From Methanobacteriota archaeon (GTDB taxonomy: Archaea > Hydrothermarchaeota > Hydrothermarchaeia > Hydrothermarchaeales > JACRDW01): DNA of 43,536 bases. Both the position numbers and the translations under genes were made by a program. Below, piece after piece: positions 1-10,648 of the stretch (its first letter is position 1; the number at the start of each line of letters is the position of its first letter). Under the pieces are notes generated by a model. That model saw only the letters and a list, made by a program, of their open reading frames with translations. It was not told the DNA's origin and searched no databases. The stretch is taken from positions 1 to 43,536 of the forward strand of contig JBDRDL010000020.1 in the NCBI GenBank assembly GCA_043820925.1, written 5' to 3'.

Positions 1-1
1 A

Positions 2-304
2 AGGAGATTTAAGAAAAGAGAGTTCAAGAGCAATAAAATAAAGCCTGGAAGTTCAAAAAGGAAAAGGATGCTCGATATGGGTGGGTTTAGTACGTTCCGC
101 TTCAAACTCACAAGTCTTTTGAATAAAATTCCCAAAGAATCCGACAGGCACCCCATATTTGCCTCTGTTTATTCTAAGGCTTCAAACATTGGTATCGAAG
201 AGGCTGAGGAATTCATAAACACCAAAGTAGAGGAAGAGATAATCACCAAAGACCTTTCCATTGAAATTATTGCTCTTCTGAACATGTACGGCAGGTACAG
301 GTAA
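2..304 (+). CDS. Hypothetical protein, 5'-truncated by the window edge
   Basis: Frame is open from base 2 (RRFKKREFK...) to TAA at 302-304; the ORF track gives 68..304. Confidence 0.6.
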   Translation, partial: RRFKKREFKSNKIKPGSSKRKRMLDMGGFSTFRFKLTSLLNKIPKESDRHPIFASVYSKASNIGIEEAEEFINTKVEEEIITKDLSIEIIALLNMYGRYR

Positions 305-378
305 AATGACGCCCCGTACTTCATTCCGGGTGTGTGGCTAGGGCTAAACTTTTTATCTCTGATGGGTAGAAAAATAGG

Positions 379-480
379 TAGTGCATTCATTCTGAAGGAA
401 TGAGCGCATGAGTGACATTCATGCCATTCCGCAAGGAAGATGGTGTGTATGCCATCTTTCTGACGAAATCTCGTTCCTAC
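379..480. repeat. Cluster of palindromic mini-elements, including a family A hairpin at 427-468
   Basis: TTCCGCAAGGAAGATGG...CCATCTTTCTGACGAAA; its reverse complement resembles the composites at 22641-22732 and 34932-35006. Confidence 0.8.
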
Positions 481-503
481 AAAAACGAATGCCGAGGTAG
501 CTC

Positions 504-534
504 TTGCGAAAGCAAGGCGTCCTACCTTTCGGTA
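504..534 (-). repeat. Short family B palindromic element between two copies of the tRNA 5' end
   Basis: Reverse complement TACCGAAAGGTAGGACGCCTTGCTTTCGCAA matches the copies at 14824, 30752 and 38132; TGCCGAGGTAGC occurs at 490-501 and 536-547. Confidence 0.7.
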
Positions 535-536
535 GT

Positions 537-623
537 GCCGAGGTAGCCTAGCCCGGCAAGGCGGTAGATTCGAGATCTACTTCTCGCCATGCGAGAGCGC
601 AGGTTCAAATCCTGCCCTCGGCG
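537..623 (+). tRNA. tRNA-Ser(CGA)
   Basis: Acceptor stem GCCGAGG/CCTCGGC, anticodon arm GTAGA-TTCGAGA-TCTAC, long variable arm, GGTTCAAATCC T-arm. Confidence 0.95.
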
Positions 624-727
624 CTATAGCCCTTTTTGGAAAAAGTGCTATCACCCCAAAAACCCGAAAGCAACGTCAATAGTTTCTTTTCCCGAGGATT
701 TTCTTTTCCAAAGAAAAGGCTCCGCAT

Positions 728-749
728 GGTTCAAATCCTGCCCTCGGCG
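728..749 (+). repeat. 22-bp duplicate of the tRNA-Ser 3' end (att-like)
   Basis: GGTTCAAATCCTGCCCTCGGCG is identical at 602-623 and 728-749. Confidence 0.9.
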
Positions 750-1621
750 TCTTTTTCTTTTGTGTAGATGTTTTTCACCTCGTTCCTTAACAGAATTTTG
801 AAAATTAACTTTGCCGCAAGGATTTGGGTATAGCTGTCGTAGAGCGGTGCAACCTCGACCAAGTCAAGGCCTACGAGCTTTATTTGTCTCAGGAAGTCCA
901 GGCAGTCTACGAATTGCGAGTAGCTAATCCCGGGGGGCTCTGGATTGCAAACACCCCTTGCTTCCTTTGGGTCGAAGACATCCATATCAAGTGAGAGATA
1001 GACCGCTTTTCCCCTGACGACTTTTATTATTTTCTCAGCCAGCTTATCGTCGCAGTCCTTGAAATCTATAAATTTCAGACCGAGTTTCCTGGCATCTTTG
1101 AGCTCTTCCTTATCTGCACTTCTGACTCCTACAACAAGAACGTTCTCATATCCGATGAGTTCTCCAACACGCCTTACAACGCAAGCATGCGAAAATTTCT
1201 CGTTCATGTATTCGTTGCGGAAGTCGAGGTGTGCATCGAAGGCTAGGAAGAACGGCTTTTTATCATAAGCGCTGAGCACGCAGTAAGAGATTGTATGCTC
1301 CCCGCCTGCGCAAACTGGTATTGCGTTGCTTTTCAAAATCTCTCTGACACAATCTTTAACCCGCATCAGAGTTTCGCTGAAATTTCCAAAGCTAACATCA
1401 GCGTCGCCGCAGTCGCAGAGCCTTATGTCTAGGAGGTCGAAATCCTCAAGCAGGTCGTAGTCTTCGATTTCTCTGGAGGACTCTCTTATCGCACCCGGCG
1501 CAAGTCTGGAGCCTACCCGATAGCTCTCGCTGCTGTCGTAAGGTATCCCTAAAAAAGCATACTTCGCTTCGCTTAATTTCAATTCCCGCCTTCCAAATGT
1601 GAAAGGAGAAGAAAACATCAT
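731..1621 (-). CDS. speB: Agmatinase (ureohydrolase family)
   Basis: [21 protein letters not shown] and EVAP motifs; adjacent to aIF5A. Confidence 0.9.
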   Translation of the reverse strand: MMFSSPFTFGRRELKLSEAKYAFLGIPYDSSESYRVGSRLAPGAIRESSREIEDYDLLEDFDLLDIRLCDCGDADVSFGNFSETLMRVKDCVREILKSNAIPVCAGGEHTISYCVLSAYDKKPFFLAFDAHLDFRNEYMNEKFSHACVVRRVGELIGYENVLVVGVRSADKEELKDARKLGLKFIDFKDCDDKLAEKIIKVVRGKAVYLSLDMDVFDPKEARGVCNPEPPGISYSQFVDCLDFLRQIKLVGLDLVEVAPLYDSYTQILAAKLIFKILLRNEVKNIYTKEKDAEGRI

Positions 1622-2013
1622 CTTACCCGCATTATTTTCTTCTTGCCCGCTACCTCTATATATTCAACCTCTGCTCCCTCTACCAGAGTACCCTTAATAT
1701 CCTCCGGGCTCGGCTTTGGAAGCTCAAAGGTCTCATAGGTATCTAGACCCATGAGCTGGACAACATTTCCCATGAAGGCAAGCACTTGGGCAGACTTTCG
1801 CTCTATCATGGGCACCTCTACCTTCGATTCTGCAGGACTCACAAAGCTTCTTTTCTGGTTATCCAGAATTCCCATTCCCTCAACCCTTGCCTTTGCTGAG
1901 CCGTGCTTTCCTGTCTTCGCAGTCTGTATGCTCATTACTTTGCAGGGCTCTCCGTCAATCATAACAAATTTTCCCACTTTTAGCTCCTTAACTTCTACTA
2001 CTCTTGTGTTCAT
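1618..2013 (-). CDS. eif5a: Translation factor aIF-5A
   Basis: Hypusination motif KTGKHGSAK. Confidence 0.97.
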   Translation of the reverse strand: MNTRVVEVKELKVGKFVMIDGEPCKVMSIQTAKTGKHGSAKARVEGMGILDNQKRSFVSPAESKVEVPMIERKSAQVLAFMGNVVQLMGLDTYETFELPKPSPEDIKGTLVEGAEVEYIEVAGKKKIMRVR

Positions 2014-2063
2014 GTCCTGCCTCCACTAATCTTATAAGTCAAGAACTTATATACCTTTTCTTT

Positions 2064-2819
2064 ATGCTAGAAATATGCAGGGAAATAGCAGATGAAGTTC
2101 AGACTGCTGTTAAACCTATCGCAGGCGTTGCAAAGGCTGAGAAAATCGATGCAGTCGCAGAAGAGACAGTGCTCAGGTTCCTCTCAGAAACAGAAATACC
2201 TATGCTGGTAGTGAGCGAAGAATCCGGCAGGGTTATGCTCGGCGGAGCTCCTGAGTACATATGCATTCTTGACCCTGTGGACGGCTCTTTCAACGCTGCC
2301 CACGGCATTCCTGTTTATTCCATTTCCATAGCTTTTGCAAGATATAGACCTAACGCAACTTTGCAGGACGTTGAATTGGGTTTAGTGAAAAACCTAGCTA
2401 CCGGCGAGGTATTTGAAGCCGTGAAGGGAAGAAAATCTACCTGCGACAGTAAAAATATAAGTACTTCGCAGAGGGAGGATTTAGGTACAAGTACCCTCTG
2501 CGTTTATCTTCAGAAGGATGTAGAAGAAATAAGGCTGCTGCAAAAGCTGAAAGGAGTAAGAGCGCTTGGGAGCGTGGCGCTCGAGCTGTGCTATGCTGCG
2601 AGAGGAGATTATGAGGGTCTCGTCGACCTGCGCAGTTGCCTGAGAAACATCGACATAGCGGCAGGAAAATTAATCATCGAGGAAGCTGGAGGAGTTGTTT
2701 CAGACGAATACGGCAAAGCTCTAAAAACAGGTATACACGAAGTGACTACTCTTTCGATTGTAGCGAGTGCAAATAAAGAGCTGCATAAAAAAGTTCTGGG
2801 GGCTATAAGGAGAAAATGA
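2064..2819 (+). CDS. Inositol monophosphatase/FBPase-family phosphatase (possible NADP phosphatase)
   Basis: SEE and DPVDGSFN motifs, GSVALELCY, DIAAGKLIIEEAGG; ATG at 2064 preferred as start. Confidence 0.88.
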   Translation: MLEICREIADEVQTAVKPIAGVAKAEKIDAVAEETVLRFLSETEIPMLVVSEESGRVMLGGAPEYICILDPVDGSFNAAHGIPVYSISIAFARYRPNATLQDVELGLVKNLATGEVFEAVKGRKSTCDSKNISTSQREDLGTSTLCVYLQKDVEEIRLLQKLKGVRALGSVALELCYAARGDYEGLVDLRSCLRNIDIAAGKLIIEEAGGVVSDEYGKALKTGIHEVTTLSIVASANKELHKKVLGAIRRK

Positions 2820-3580
2820 AAAAAATAAGTCTCGTGGTAAAAGATTCAAAGAAACCGCTAAAATTAGCTGAGAAAATCGAGAAATATCTTACCTCAAAAG
2901 GCATTGAAGTATGCTACAATGCTGCTGGCGATGCAATAATCGCCATGGGCGGGGACGGAACTATTTTGAGGGCAGTTTCTTTGGTACGGAATAAACAGAT
3001 ACCTATTCTTGGCATAAATTTCGGCACAACAGGCTTTCTTACAGAAGTTAATCCAGGAGAATGGAGGGCTGCAATAGACAGGTTGTTGAGCGGAAATTAT
3101 GCAATCGAAGAGAGAGTTAAGCTGCGAGTTGAGATTAACCGCAAAAAAATAGGAGATGCTCTAAACGAAGCTGTTGTCATTACCTCTGCCCCAGTTAAGA
3201 TGCTTCACTTGCAGGTCTCTGTAGACAGAAAGAGTGCCGGAATAATGAAAGCGGATGGGCTGATAATCGCTACTCCAACCGGCTCTACAGCATATTCTTT
3301 TTCCTGTGGAGGTCCAATGGTGGATGAAAGAGTAAACTGCCTTATAATAACTCCAATCTGCCCGTTTGAGAGAGGAGCACATTCGTTAATAGTGCCGCAG
3401 AACTCGGAAGTGGAGGTAAAGCTTGTGAAGCCTGGGAAAGAGGCAGTCGTTGTGATGGATGGGGAGTATAGAAAAAAGTTAAGCTGCGACGACGAAGTAA
3501 GCTTTACGACTTCAAAAAATAAAGCATATTTTGTTAAGCTGCGGAAAGACTTCTACGGGAGAGTAAGGGAGAGGCTATGA
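2816..3580 (+). CDS. nadK: NAD kinase
   Basis: GGDGT, LNE and DGLIIATPTGSTAY motifs. Confidence 0.96.
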   Translation: MKKISLVVKDSKKPLKLAEKIEKYLTSKGIEVCYNAAGDAIIAMGGDGTILRAVSLVRNKQIPILGINFGTTGFLTEVNPGEWRAAIDRLLSGNYAIEERVKLRVEINRKKIGDALNEAVVITSAPVKMLHLQVSVDRKSAGIMKADGLIIATPTGSTAYSFSCGGPMVDERVNCLIITPICPFERGAHSLIVPQNSEVEVKLVKPGKEAVVVMDGEYRKKLSCDDEVSFTTSKNKAYFVKLRKDFYGRVRERL

Positions 3581-4074
3581 AGCTCGTCCTAGACGCCTCT
3601 GCGCTCCTGAGCGGCTTCCGGCCTGGCAACGAGTGCTACACGGTTCAGGAAGTAATTGACGAAGTCAGGGAAAAGAACGCAGAGCTCAGAGTTAGTCTAA
3701 GTCTAAGAGAGGGCTCCTTAAAGCTGGTTGAACCTCAAGAAAAAAATTTGCTGGAAATAAAAAGGGCTGCTGTGGAATCTGGAGATATTGTCAAGCTTTC
3801 TGAGACAGATATCAAGTTGCTTTCGATAGCTCTTCACTTCAAGAAAAAGCGCTCTAAACCAGTAATAATCACAGACGACTACAACATTCAAAATTTAGCA
3901 AGCAGGCTGGGCATAGAGTTTTCACCGACAACTGAAGGAGAAATTAAAAAAATTCTCACCTGGAAGAAGATTTGCAGGGGCTGCGGAAAGAGATTCCCGA
4001 TAGAATATCACGGCAATTGCGATGTTTGCGGCACAAGAGTAAGTAAAATAAGTGCAAAGGAAACAAATTTATAA
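3577..4074 (+). CDS. nob1: NOB1-family rRNA-processing endonuclease (PIN domain plus Zn ribbon)
   Basis: VLDASA, LSETD and TDDYNIQN motifs; C-terminal CxxC...CxxC. Confidence 0.92.
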   Translation: MKLVLDASALLSGFRPGNECYTVQEVIDEVREKNAELRVSLSLREGSLKLVEPQEKNLLEIKRAAVESGDIVKLSETDIKLLSIALHFKKKRSKPVIITDDYNIQNLASRLGIEFSPTTEGEIKKILTWKKICRGCGKRFPIEYHGNCDVCGTRVSKISAKETNL

Positions 4075-4090
4075 GCGAATATACATAGGG

Positions 4091-4726
4091 ATGGGCATGA
4101 AAAACATTACAGAGCTCATGCAGAAGGCGCACGAACTTAAAGAGAAAGGATTTACCACAGGCGAAATCGCAGACGAATTGAACATCTCCAGAGAAACAGC
4201 TCTATGGCTGGTTACGAGAGAAACTGAAGCAGAGAAAAAAGTTCCAAGAGATATATACATAGACTGGAGCGTAGCAGGCTCCAATCCTGCTATTTTAAAG
4301 CATCTTTCCCTGGCTCTCTCAGACCTGATAAAAGCGATGATTAAGGAGAATAACCTCCCGCAGCCAGAAGTTATAGCAGGAATCGCTGAGAGCGGAATAC
4401 CGATAGCAACGATAATCGCAGAAGATATGAACGCTTCGCTCAGTGTAATTCGCCCTATAAAGCATATGTGGGGGCCTGACAAAAAGTCAAAGCAGGCAGG
4501 TTTTATTCTTTCGAATTTTTCACAGGTGAAAGGGAAAAACGTAGTCATAGTCGATGACATCGCTACGACGGGCACTACTATAAAGGATACAATAAAACTG
4601 CTTGATGAAAAGGGTGCAAATCCTCTCGCAGCAGTAGTGCTAATCGACAAAAAAGGAATCAAAAGCATCGAGGGCAAGCCAGTCAAGGCATTGGTCAGCG
4701 TGGGCATTGTAGAAGACCTCAAGTAG
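4091..4726 (+). CDS. HTH-fused orotate phosphoribosyltransferase-like protein (GfcR-type)
   Basis: N-terminal GEIADELNISRETALWL helix-turn-helix; PRPP-binding motif VVIVDDIATTGTT. Confidence 0.85.
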   Translation: MGMKNITELMQKAHELKEKGFTTGEIADELNISRETALWLVTRETEAEKKVPRDIYIDWSVAGSNPAILKHLSLALSDLIKAMIKENNLPQPEVIAGIAESGIPIATIIAEDMNASLSVIRPIKHMWGPDKKSKQAGFILSNFSQVKGKNVVIVDDIATTGTTIKDTIKLLDEKGANPLAAVVLIDKKGIKSIEGKPVKALVSVGIVEDLK

Positions 4727-4735
4727 AAGGGATGC

Positions 4736-5782
4736 TTGGTGAAGCGGAGTGGAAGTGCGAATGGAGAGGCTGTGCTCAGCGAACATCTAAACATGATAGA
4801 CAGGGAAATCAAAAAAAATTTTGAAAATCGAATTTTCCCAAGACCTCTCTATGACATGATGAAGTACCACCTCGGCTGGTTGGACGAAAATTTAAAAGAA
4901 GCGCATCAGTACCGTGGCAAGCGCTTCAGACCCACGCTTTGTTTACTGACCTACAATGCGCTCAGTGGAGTTTATGATAAAGCTCTGCCAGCTGCAGCTG
5001 CCATAGAACTCATACACAACTTTTCTTTAATACACGACGACATAGAGGACATGGACGAGGAGCGGCGGCATAAACCAACAGTATGGAAGCTCTGGGGCAT
5101 TGCGCAGGCTATAAACGTCGGAGATGGAATGCACGTGCTTGCGAATCTCGCTGCGCTCAGGCTGAAAGAGATGAATGTCACCTCTTCAAAAATAGTAGAA
5201 GTTCTGGAGATTCTCAACAGGAGCATAATAGATTTATGCGAGGGGCAGTATCTGGACATGTGTTTTGAGGACAAGCTGGATATAACAACAAAAATGTACC
5301 TTGAGATGATTTCGAGAAAAACTGCTTCTCTCGTCGAAGCATCTACGCTGATTGGAGCTACTCTTGCTACAGAAGATGAAAAAGTAGTTGAGCACTTCAG
5401 GAAATTCGGCAGAAACATTGGGACCGCCTTCCAAATAGTCGATGATATAATAGGGATATGGGAGAAAAAAACAGGCAAACCAAAGGCAAGCGATATTAGG
5501 AATAAGAAAAAAACGCTGCCGATATTATATGCCTTTGAAAAAGCCTCAAAGAAAGAAAGAAGGCTGCTCGTTCAAACTTTTAAAAAGGAGAAATTGAGCG
5601 AGGATGATATAAGCAATGTTCTGGAGATTCTAGAAAACGTTGCTGCTTATGAGTACTCAAAAAACATTGCAGAAAGCTATGAGAGCAGAGGACTGGAGGA
5701 GTTATCCAGCACCGGAATTGAAAATGAAGCAATGAAAAAATTGAAAATGCTGGCAGAATTTCTGGTGAAGAGGAAGTATTAA
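4736..5782 (+). CDS. idsA: Polyprenyl (geranylgeranyl) diphosphate synthase
   Basis: GKRFRP, LIHDDIED..RR, GQYLD and FQIVDD motifs. Confidence 0.92.
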   Translation: MVKRSGSANGEAVLSEHLNMIDREIKKNFENRIFPRPLYDMMKYHLGWLDENLKEAHQYRGKRFRPTLCLLTYNALSGVYDKALPAAAAIELIHNFSLIHDDIEDMDEERRHKPTVWKLWGIAQAINVGDGMHVLANLAALRLKEMNVTSSKIVEVLEILNRSIIDLCEGQYLDMCFEDKLDITTKMYLEMISRKTASLVEASTLIGATLATEDEKVVEHFRKFGRNIGTAFQIVDDIIGIWEKKTGKPKASDIRNKKKTLPILYAFEKASKKERRLLVQTFKKEKLSEDDISNVLEILENVAAYEYSKNIAESYESRGLEELSSTGIENEAMKKLKMLAEFLVKRKY

Positions 5783-6285
5783 ATCTTAAAGTAATGCGAG
5801 ATTTCATCAAGCGCCTTTCTCAGGGAATCTCTATCTCCCGAGATAATCACGTACTGCTTTCCCTGAGGCTCGACTGCTACCTTACATCTCTTTGCTATCT
5901 CCTCAAATTCCTTAATACGCAAGGTTCTGGGAAGCGATATTCTCGCCCACTTTTTGCCCTTCGGCGCAGCAGGATAGAATTTTGACTTCCAGATTGAGAA
6001 TTCTCCTATTTTTTCTCCTTCCGCAGCTTTTTTTAGCTCTCTGCTCCACTTTTCAGAAAATTTTTTACCGAGTGGTTCTGCTTTTACAAAAATTTCTTTC
6101 TGCGCTTCAAGGAGCATTCCCTCCACCACTGGCAGCTCTTTCTCTGCATGCTCGTGCCTGCGCTCGTTCAGAATAGACTTCGCAGACCTGAGCAGTTCAA
6201 AGGCACTGTCCAAGCTGACTCCTGCCTTTCTCGCTTCGACTGCCATTTTCATCGTCGCAATCCAAGTTTGCTCAATTTCTTTCAT
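5779..6285 (-). CDS. Conserved archaeal protein, DUF2096-like
   Basis: 168-aa ORF; the EQTW N-terminus and KFYP...WARI segment resemble DUF2096 (recalled, not searched). Confidence 0.55.
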   Translation of the reverse strand: MKEIEQTWIATMKMAVEARKAGVSLDSAFELLRSAKSILNERRHEHAEKELPVVEGMLLEAQKEIFVKAEPLGKKFSEKWSRELKKAAEGEKIGEFSIWKSKFYPAAPKGKKWARISLPRTLRIKEFEEIAKRCKVAVEPQGKQYVIISGDRDSLRKALDEISHYFKI

Positions 6286-6337
6286 GAATAAATATATATA
6301 ATCGCAGGCTAATTTAAAGTTTAGGGAGAAGTGAAAA

Positions 6338-6529
6338 ATGGTAACTGGAAAAGTAAAATTCTTTAACAGGACGAGAGGCTTTGGCTTTATTCAGCAGGAG
6401 CAGGGCGGAGATGTGTTCGTTCACGAGAGCGGAATCGTGGGCGGACCGATTGCAGAAGGCGATAAAGTAGAGTTTGACATCGAACAGGGCGAAAAAGGAC
6501 CAAAAGCCAAGAACGTTAAAAAAATTTAA
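6338..6529 (+). CDS. cspA: Cold-shock protein
   Basis: GKVKFFN, RNP1 RGFGFI, RNP2 VFVH, and KGPKA. Confidence 0.95.
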   Translation: MVTGKVKFFNRTRGFGFIQQEQGGDVFVHESGIVGGPIAEGDKVEFDIEQGEKGPKAKNVKKI

Positions 6530-6644
6530 AGCACCTCTTTTTTTGCTTGCTCTGGTCCATCTGCCTTTTTGATTATTTATAATTAATAATCATGAAGTTA
6601 AAAAAATAATATAGACTACTATTGCTGAGAGAAGGAGACGCAGC

Positions 6645-8591
6645 ATGGCTGAAAAACCAAGAGTAGGCGTTTATATTTGCGACTGCGGAGTAAACATCGC
6701 AGGCGTTGTCAATAATCCAGAGCTTACGAAGTATGCCGAAAAGCTGGGCGATGTCGTTCTTGCTAAAGAGTACAAATTCATGTGCGCAGAGCCAGGGCAA
6801 AAAATGATTAAGGACGACATAGAGGAACACAGGCTGAATCGAATTGTCGTAGCTGCCTGCTCGCCTAACATGCACGAAGCTACTTTTAGGGAAGCATGCA
6901 AGGAAGCAGGGCTAAATCCTTTCTTATTCGAAATGGCAAATATTAGAGAGCAGTGCTCCTGGGTTCACATGAAGGAGAAGAAAAAAGCGACGCAGAAGGC
7001 AAAAGATTTATTGAGAATGGCAGTTGCAAGGGCAAGACTGCTCGAACCACAAGAAGAAGTAAAAGTTAAAGTCAGGAGGAGCACGCTGGTTATCGGCGGC
7101 GGCATAGCAGGCATACAGGCTGCACTCGACCTTGCAGACATGGGCTACAAGGTTATACTGGTTGAGAAAACTCCTTCTCTCGGAGGCAAGATGGCACAGC
7201 TTGACAAAACCTTTCCGACGATGGACTGCTCGCCGTGCATACTTACTCCAAAAATGGTATCGGTCGGCAGGCATCCGAACATAGAGCTTCTCACTTATTC
7301 CGAAGTAAAGGAAGTCGAAGGTTATGTTGGAAATTTTAGAGTTAAAATAGAGAAAAAGCCGAAGTACGTTAACAAAAACTGCACAGTCTGCGACTTGTGC
7401 ACTCAGGTTTGTCCGATTGAGGTTCAGAGCGAGTTCAACGCCGGTATAGGAACTAGAAAAGCAATATACGTGCCGTTTCCTCAGGCGGTGCCGCTGATTT
7501 ATACAATTGACGCAGAGAGCTGTATAGGCTGCGGCATGTGCAAAAATGTGTGCGAGCCAGATGCTATAGATTATGACATGAAGGCTGAGATTATAGAGAG
7601 AGAAGTGGGTACCATAATCGTCGCAACAGGCTATGAAATTTTCGATGCAGCGAGAAAAGAGGAATATGGTTATGGAAGACACGCAAATGTGATAAATGGC
7701 TTAGAATTCGAGAGATTCGTAAGTGCCGCAGGTCCGACAGGAGGAAAGCTGAAGAGACCTTCAGACAGCAAGGAGCCGAAGAGAATAGGCTTTATACAGT
7801 GCGTGGGCTCCAGAGACGAAAAAACAAACAAATACTGCTCCCGTGTATGCTGCATGTATGCGATTAAAAATGCAAGAATCTACAAAGAAAAACATCCTGA
7901 TGCTGAGATTTACATCTTTTATATCGATATAAGAACCTTCGGCAAGGGTTACGAGGAATTCTATAAAATTGCTCAGGATGAGTATGGCATAAAGTTCATA
8001 AGGGGAAGACCGGGCGAGGTAACCGAGGACGCAAAAACAAAAAATTTAGTCGTCCGGGTGGAGGATACTTTTCTTGGAAGACCCCTGGAAGTGGAGCTGG
8101 ATTTAGTCGTGCTCTCGGTCGGAATGGAGCCTCCCAGAGATGCGGGAGAAATTCAAACGATGCTTCGCGTATCTCGAAGCGCCGACGGTTTTTTCTTGGA
8201 AGCGCACCCTAAGCTGAGACCGGTAGATACCCTTACAGAGGGAGTATTTCTAGCAGGTGCAGCGCAGGGTCCGAAGGATATTCATGATTCAGTAGCACAG
8301 GGCAGCGCAGCAGCAGCGAGGGCAGCAATACCGATGGCGAGGGGTGAAGTGGAAGTGGAACCAATTCTTGCAACCGCTGATAATGAGCTGTGCATAGGGT
8401 GCAGGCTGTGTGAGAAAGTCTGCAATTTCGGAGCTGTCGAGATCGTGGAAAGAAAAGCTAAAGTAAGCGAGGCTCTATGCACAGGATGCGGAGTCTGCGC
8501 TGCGGCATGCCCTACTGCTGCGATGCAGATAAAACATTTCAAGGACGAGCAGATTCTGGCTATGATTGAAGCTGCATTCGGGGGGGAGTAG
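6645..8591 (+). CDS. hdrA: Heterodisulfide reductase subunit A (FAD, Fe-S)
   Basis: [32 protein letters not shown] and several ferredoxin CxxCxxCxxxC motifs. Confidence 0.97.
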   Translation: MAEKPRVGVYICDCGVNIAGVVNNPELTKYAEKLGDVVLAKEYKFMCAEPGQKMIKDDIEEHRLNRIVVAACSPNMHEATFREACKEAGLNPFLFEMANIREQCSWVHMKEKKKATQKAKDLLRMAVARARLLEPQEEVKVKVRRSTLVIGGGIAGIQAALDLADMGYKVILVEKTPSLGGKMAQLDKTFPTMDCSPCILTPKMVSVGRHPNIELLTYSEVKEVEGYVGNFRVKIEKKPKYVNKNCTVCDLCTQVCPIEVQSEFNAGIGTRKAIYVPFPQAVPLIYTIDAESCIGCGMCKNVCEPDAIDYDMKAEIIEREVGTIIVATGYEIFDAARKEEYGYGRHANVINGLEFERFVSAAGPTGGKLKRPSDSKEPKRIGFIQCVGSRDEKTNKYCSRVCCMYAIKNARIYKEKHPDAEIYIFYIDIRTFGKGYEEFYKIAQDEYGIKFIRGRPGEVTEDAKTKNLVVRVEDTFLGRPLEVELDLVVLSVGMEPPRDAGEIQTMLRVSRSADGFFLEAHPKLRPVDTLTEGVFLAGAAQGPKDIHDSVAQGSAAAARAAIPMARGEVEVEPILATADNELCIGCRLCEKVCNFGAVEIVERKAKVSEALCTGCGVCAAACPTAAMQIKHFKDEQILAMIEAAFGGE

Positions 8592-8592
8592 C

Positions 8593-9012
8593 ACGGCAAA
8601 ATTCGAGCCTAAGATAATAGGTTTTCTGTGCAACTGGTGCAGCTACATTGGCGCAGACCTAGCTGGCGTCTCAAGAATGCAGTATCCGCCGAACATGAGG
8701 GTAATAAGGGTAATGTGCAGCGGCAGGGTAGATCCCTCCTTCGTGCTGAAAGCATTTGCGGAGGGTGCGGATGGGGTTATGGTGACCGGCTGCCATCTAG
8801 GGCAGTGCCACTACATGACAGGTAACTACAGCACAGAAAAAAGAATCAAAATGCTCCAGACGCTCCTAGTAGACATCGGCATAGAAAAGGAGAGGCTAAT
8901 GCTGAAGTGGATTTCTGCTGCGGAAGGAGAGATATTTGCAAATACTGTAAAAGAATTTACAGAAACGATAAGAAAGCTGGGACCAAGCCCGCTGAAAATT
9001 AAGAAAAGCTAG
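8593..9012 (+). CDS. mvhD: Hydrogenase iron-sulfur subunit MvhD/FlpD (ACG at the expected start position)
   Basis: [32 protein letters not shown] and WISAAEG motifs. Confidence 0.93.
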   Translation, partial: TAKFEPKIIGFLCNWCSYIGADLAGVSRMQYPPNMRVIRVMCSGRVDPSFVLKAFAEGADGVMVTGCHLGQCHYMTGNYSTEKRIKMLQTLLVDIGIEKERLMLKWISAAEGEIFANTVKEFTETIRKLGPSPLKIKKS

Positions 9013-9923
9013 ACAAAATCCAGCCACGCCTTGTATTTTTCGTCTTTTCCTTTTGTAATTTCAAAAAATTTGTCCTGAATTTTTTTAGTTATCTTGCCAG
9101 GCTTTCCAATTTTGTATCCATCTATCTCTCTAATCGGCGTCAGTTCGGCAGCGGTGCCCGTGAAGAAGACCTCGTCTGCCGTGTAAAGCGAAGCTCTCGT
9201 TATGTCTGTCTCGACGACTGTGTAGTCCATGTCTCTTGCAATAGTTATTACCGAGTCCCTGGTGATTCCCTTCAATATGCTCGCATGCTCTGGCGGAGTG
9301 TATATAACTCCATCTTTGACGAGAAATATGTTCTCTCCGGGTCCTTCTGAAACAAAGCCTCTGTAATCTAGCAGGATTGCTTCGTCACAGCCAGAATTGA
9401 GCGCTTCTATCTTAGCGAGAATAGAATTCACATACTGTCCGGTAGCCTTTGCCAGGGGCGGCAGGGTATTCGGGCTGATTCTCTGAAACGATGAAATTTT
9501 TGTTTTAATGCCGTTCTTTAAGCCCTCCTCGCCAAGATAAGTCCCCCAGGACCAGACAGCTATTGAAACATCGATAGGGCTCTTGAGTGGATTTAACCCC
9601 ATTTCTCCATAACCGCGGAAAGCTATTGGTCTTATGTAGCATTCTTCTAAACCGTTGGCTTTTATCAGCTCTTTTGTAGCTTTTGATAACTCCTCCACAG
9701 AGTAAGGCAGCTCCATGAAATAGAGCTTAGCAGAGTTTTGCAGCCTCCGCATGTGCTCCTTTAGCCTAAAAACAGCAGGTCCTTTGACAGTTTTGTAGCA
9801 CCTTATTCCTTCAAAGACTCCAGAGCCGTAGTGCAGCGCATGCGTAAGAACATGAATCTTGGCTTCTTTCCAGTCTACGAGCTTCCCGTTCATCCATATT
9901 TTCTTGACTTCGTGAATCGGCAC
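9009..9923 (-). CDS. ilvE: Branched-chain amino acid aminotransferase
   Basis: [26 protein letters not shown] and FFTGTAAE motifs. Confidence 0.96.
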   Translation of the reverse strand: MPIHEVKKIWMNGKLVDWKEAKIHVLTHALHYGSGVFEGIRCYKTVKGPAVFRLKEHMRRLQNSAKLYFMELPYSVEELSKATKELIKANGLEECYIRPIAFRGYGEMGLNPLKSPIDVSIAVWSWGTYLGEEGLKNGIKTKISSFQRISPNTLPPLAKATGQYVNSILAKIEALNSGCDEAILLDYRGFVSEGPGENIFLVKDGVIYTPPEHASILKGITRDSVITIARDMDYTVVETDITRASLYTADEVFFTGTAAELTPIREIDGYKIGKPGKITKKIQDKFFEITKGKDEKYKAWLDFV

Positions 9924-9967
9924 AATTTCGACTCCACAGCATTAACTCTTCTTATTGGTTAGGGGCA

Positions 9968-10648
9968 TTAGCTTATAAATTTTTTTATTAAGTCTTTTCC
10001 CTCGAGAAAAGGAAGCCCGCGCTTTCTGGCGTATTTTCTCGCTTTCTCAAAAGGCAGCGAATTTCCGTCATTGCCGAGCATTTCGCATATAGTCGCTACT
10101 GGCGTTAAACCTGCGAGCTCCATTAGCGCAACACTGAGCTCGGTGTGCCCTTTGCGCTTCAATAGCAAATTATCAGCAGCTCTGAGCAGCGCAACATGCC
10201 CGGGAGACCTGAAGTTTCTTCCGAATTCTCCAGGTCTATGGCCGTTGAGTGCATTATCCGCAACCTTTGCCAGCTCTCTTATTGTGAGCGACCTGTCATT
10301 GTCTGTTATTCCAGTGAAAGTCTTCCTGTGGTTTATGGTAATCGAGAAAGAGGACTTTTCATCATAGGGTATGTCGTTCGCTTTCAGCTCTTCAAAGACT
10401 TTATACTTCTTGCCCACATGCTTCCAGATATCTACAAGGAAAGGAATCTTAAGCCTGCCAGCAATTTTTGGGTGCACTGCAACGCAGATTAAACCTCCAC
10501 CCTCTTTTCTCATAGTGCGTATATGCGAGGGCGTGGTAAATTCTCCGGCGACAACTATGTCAGTCTCCTCTTCCCTGCCCTTTGCGTCGTATATAAGCAC
10601 TGCTTCGCCTCCCTTCAGCGCTTCTATTGCTTCGTTTATTTTACTCAT
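9968..10648 (-). CDS. ribB: 3,4-dihydroxy-2-butanone-4-phosphate synthase
   Basis: REEETD, TGITDNDR, FRSPGHV, GHTE and ICEM motifs. Confidence 0.95.
   Translation of the reverse strand: MSKINEAIEALKGGEAVLIYDAKGREEETDIVVAGEFTTPSHIRTMRKEGGGLICVAVHPKIAGRLKIPFLVDIWKHVGKKYKVFEELKANDIPYDEKSSFSITINHRKTFTGITDNDRSLTIRELAKVADNALNGHRPGEFGRNFRSPGHVALLRAADNLLLKRKGHTELSVALMELAGLTPVATICEMLGNDGNSLPFEKARKYARKRGLPFLEGKDLIKKFIS

Noticed and set aside
589..801. 70-aa ORF with a repeated FKSCPRR peptide
   Set aside because: It is an artefact of the tRNA-Ser 3' duplication and overlaps the tRNA.
731..2013. aIF5A-agmatinase linkage as a novelty
   Set aside because: This synteny is common in archaea and is linked to polyamine and hypusine metabolism.
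4069..4812. Long antisense ORFs (also 7008-7682, 12361-12942, 39520-40104)
   Set aside because: They are shadows of well-supported genes on the opposite strand.
6645..9012. Selenocysteine recoding in hdrA/mvhD, with hairpins as SECIS elements
   Set aside because: No in-frame TGA; the relevant positions are Cys.
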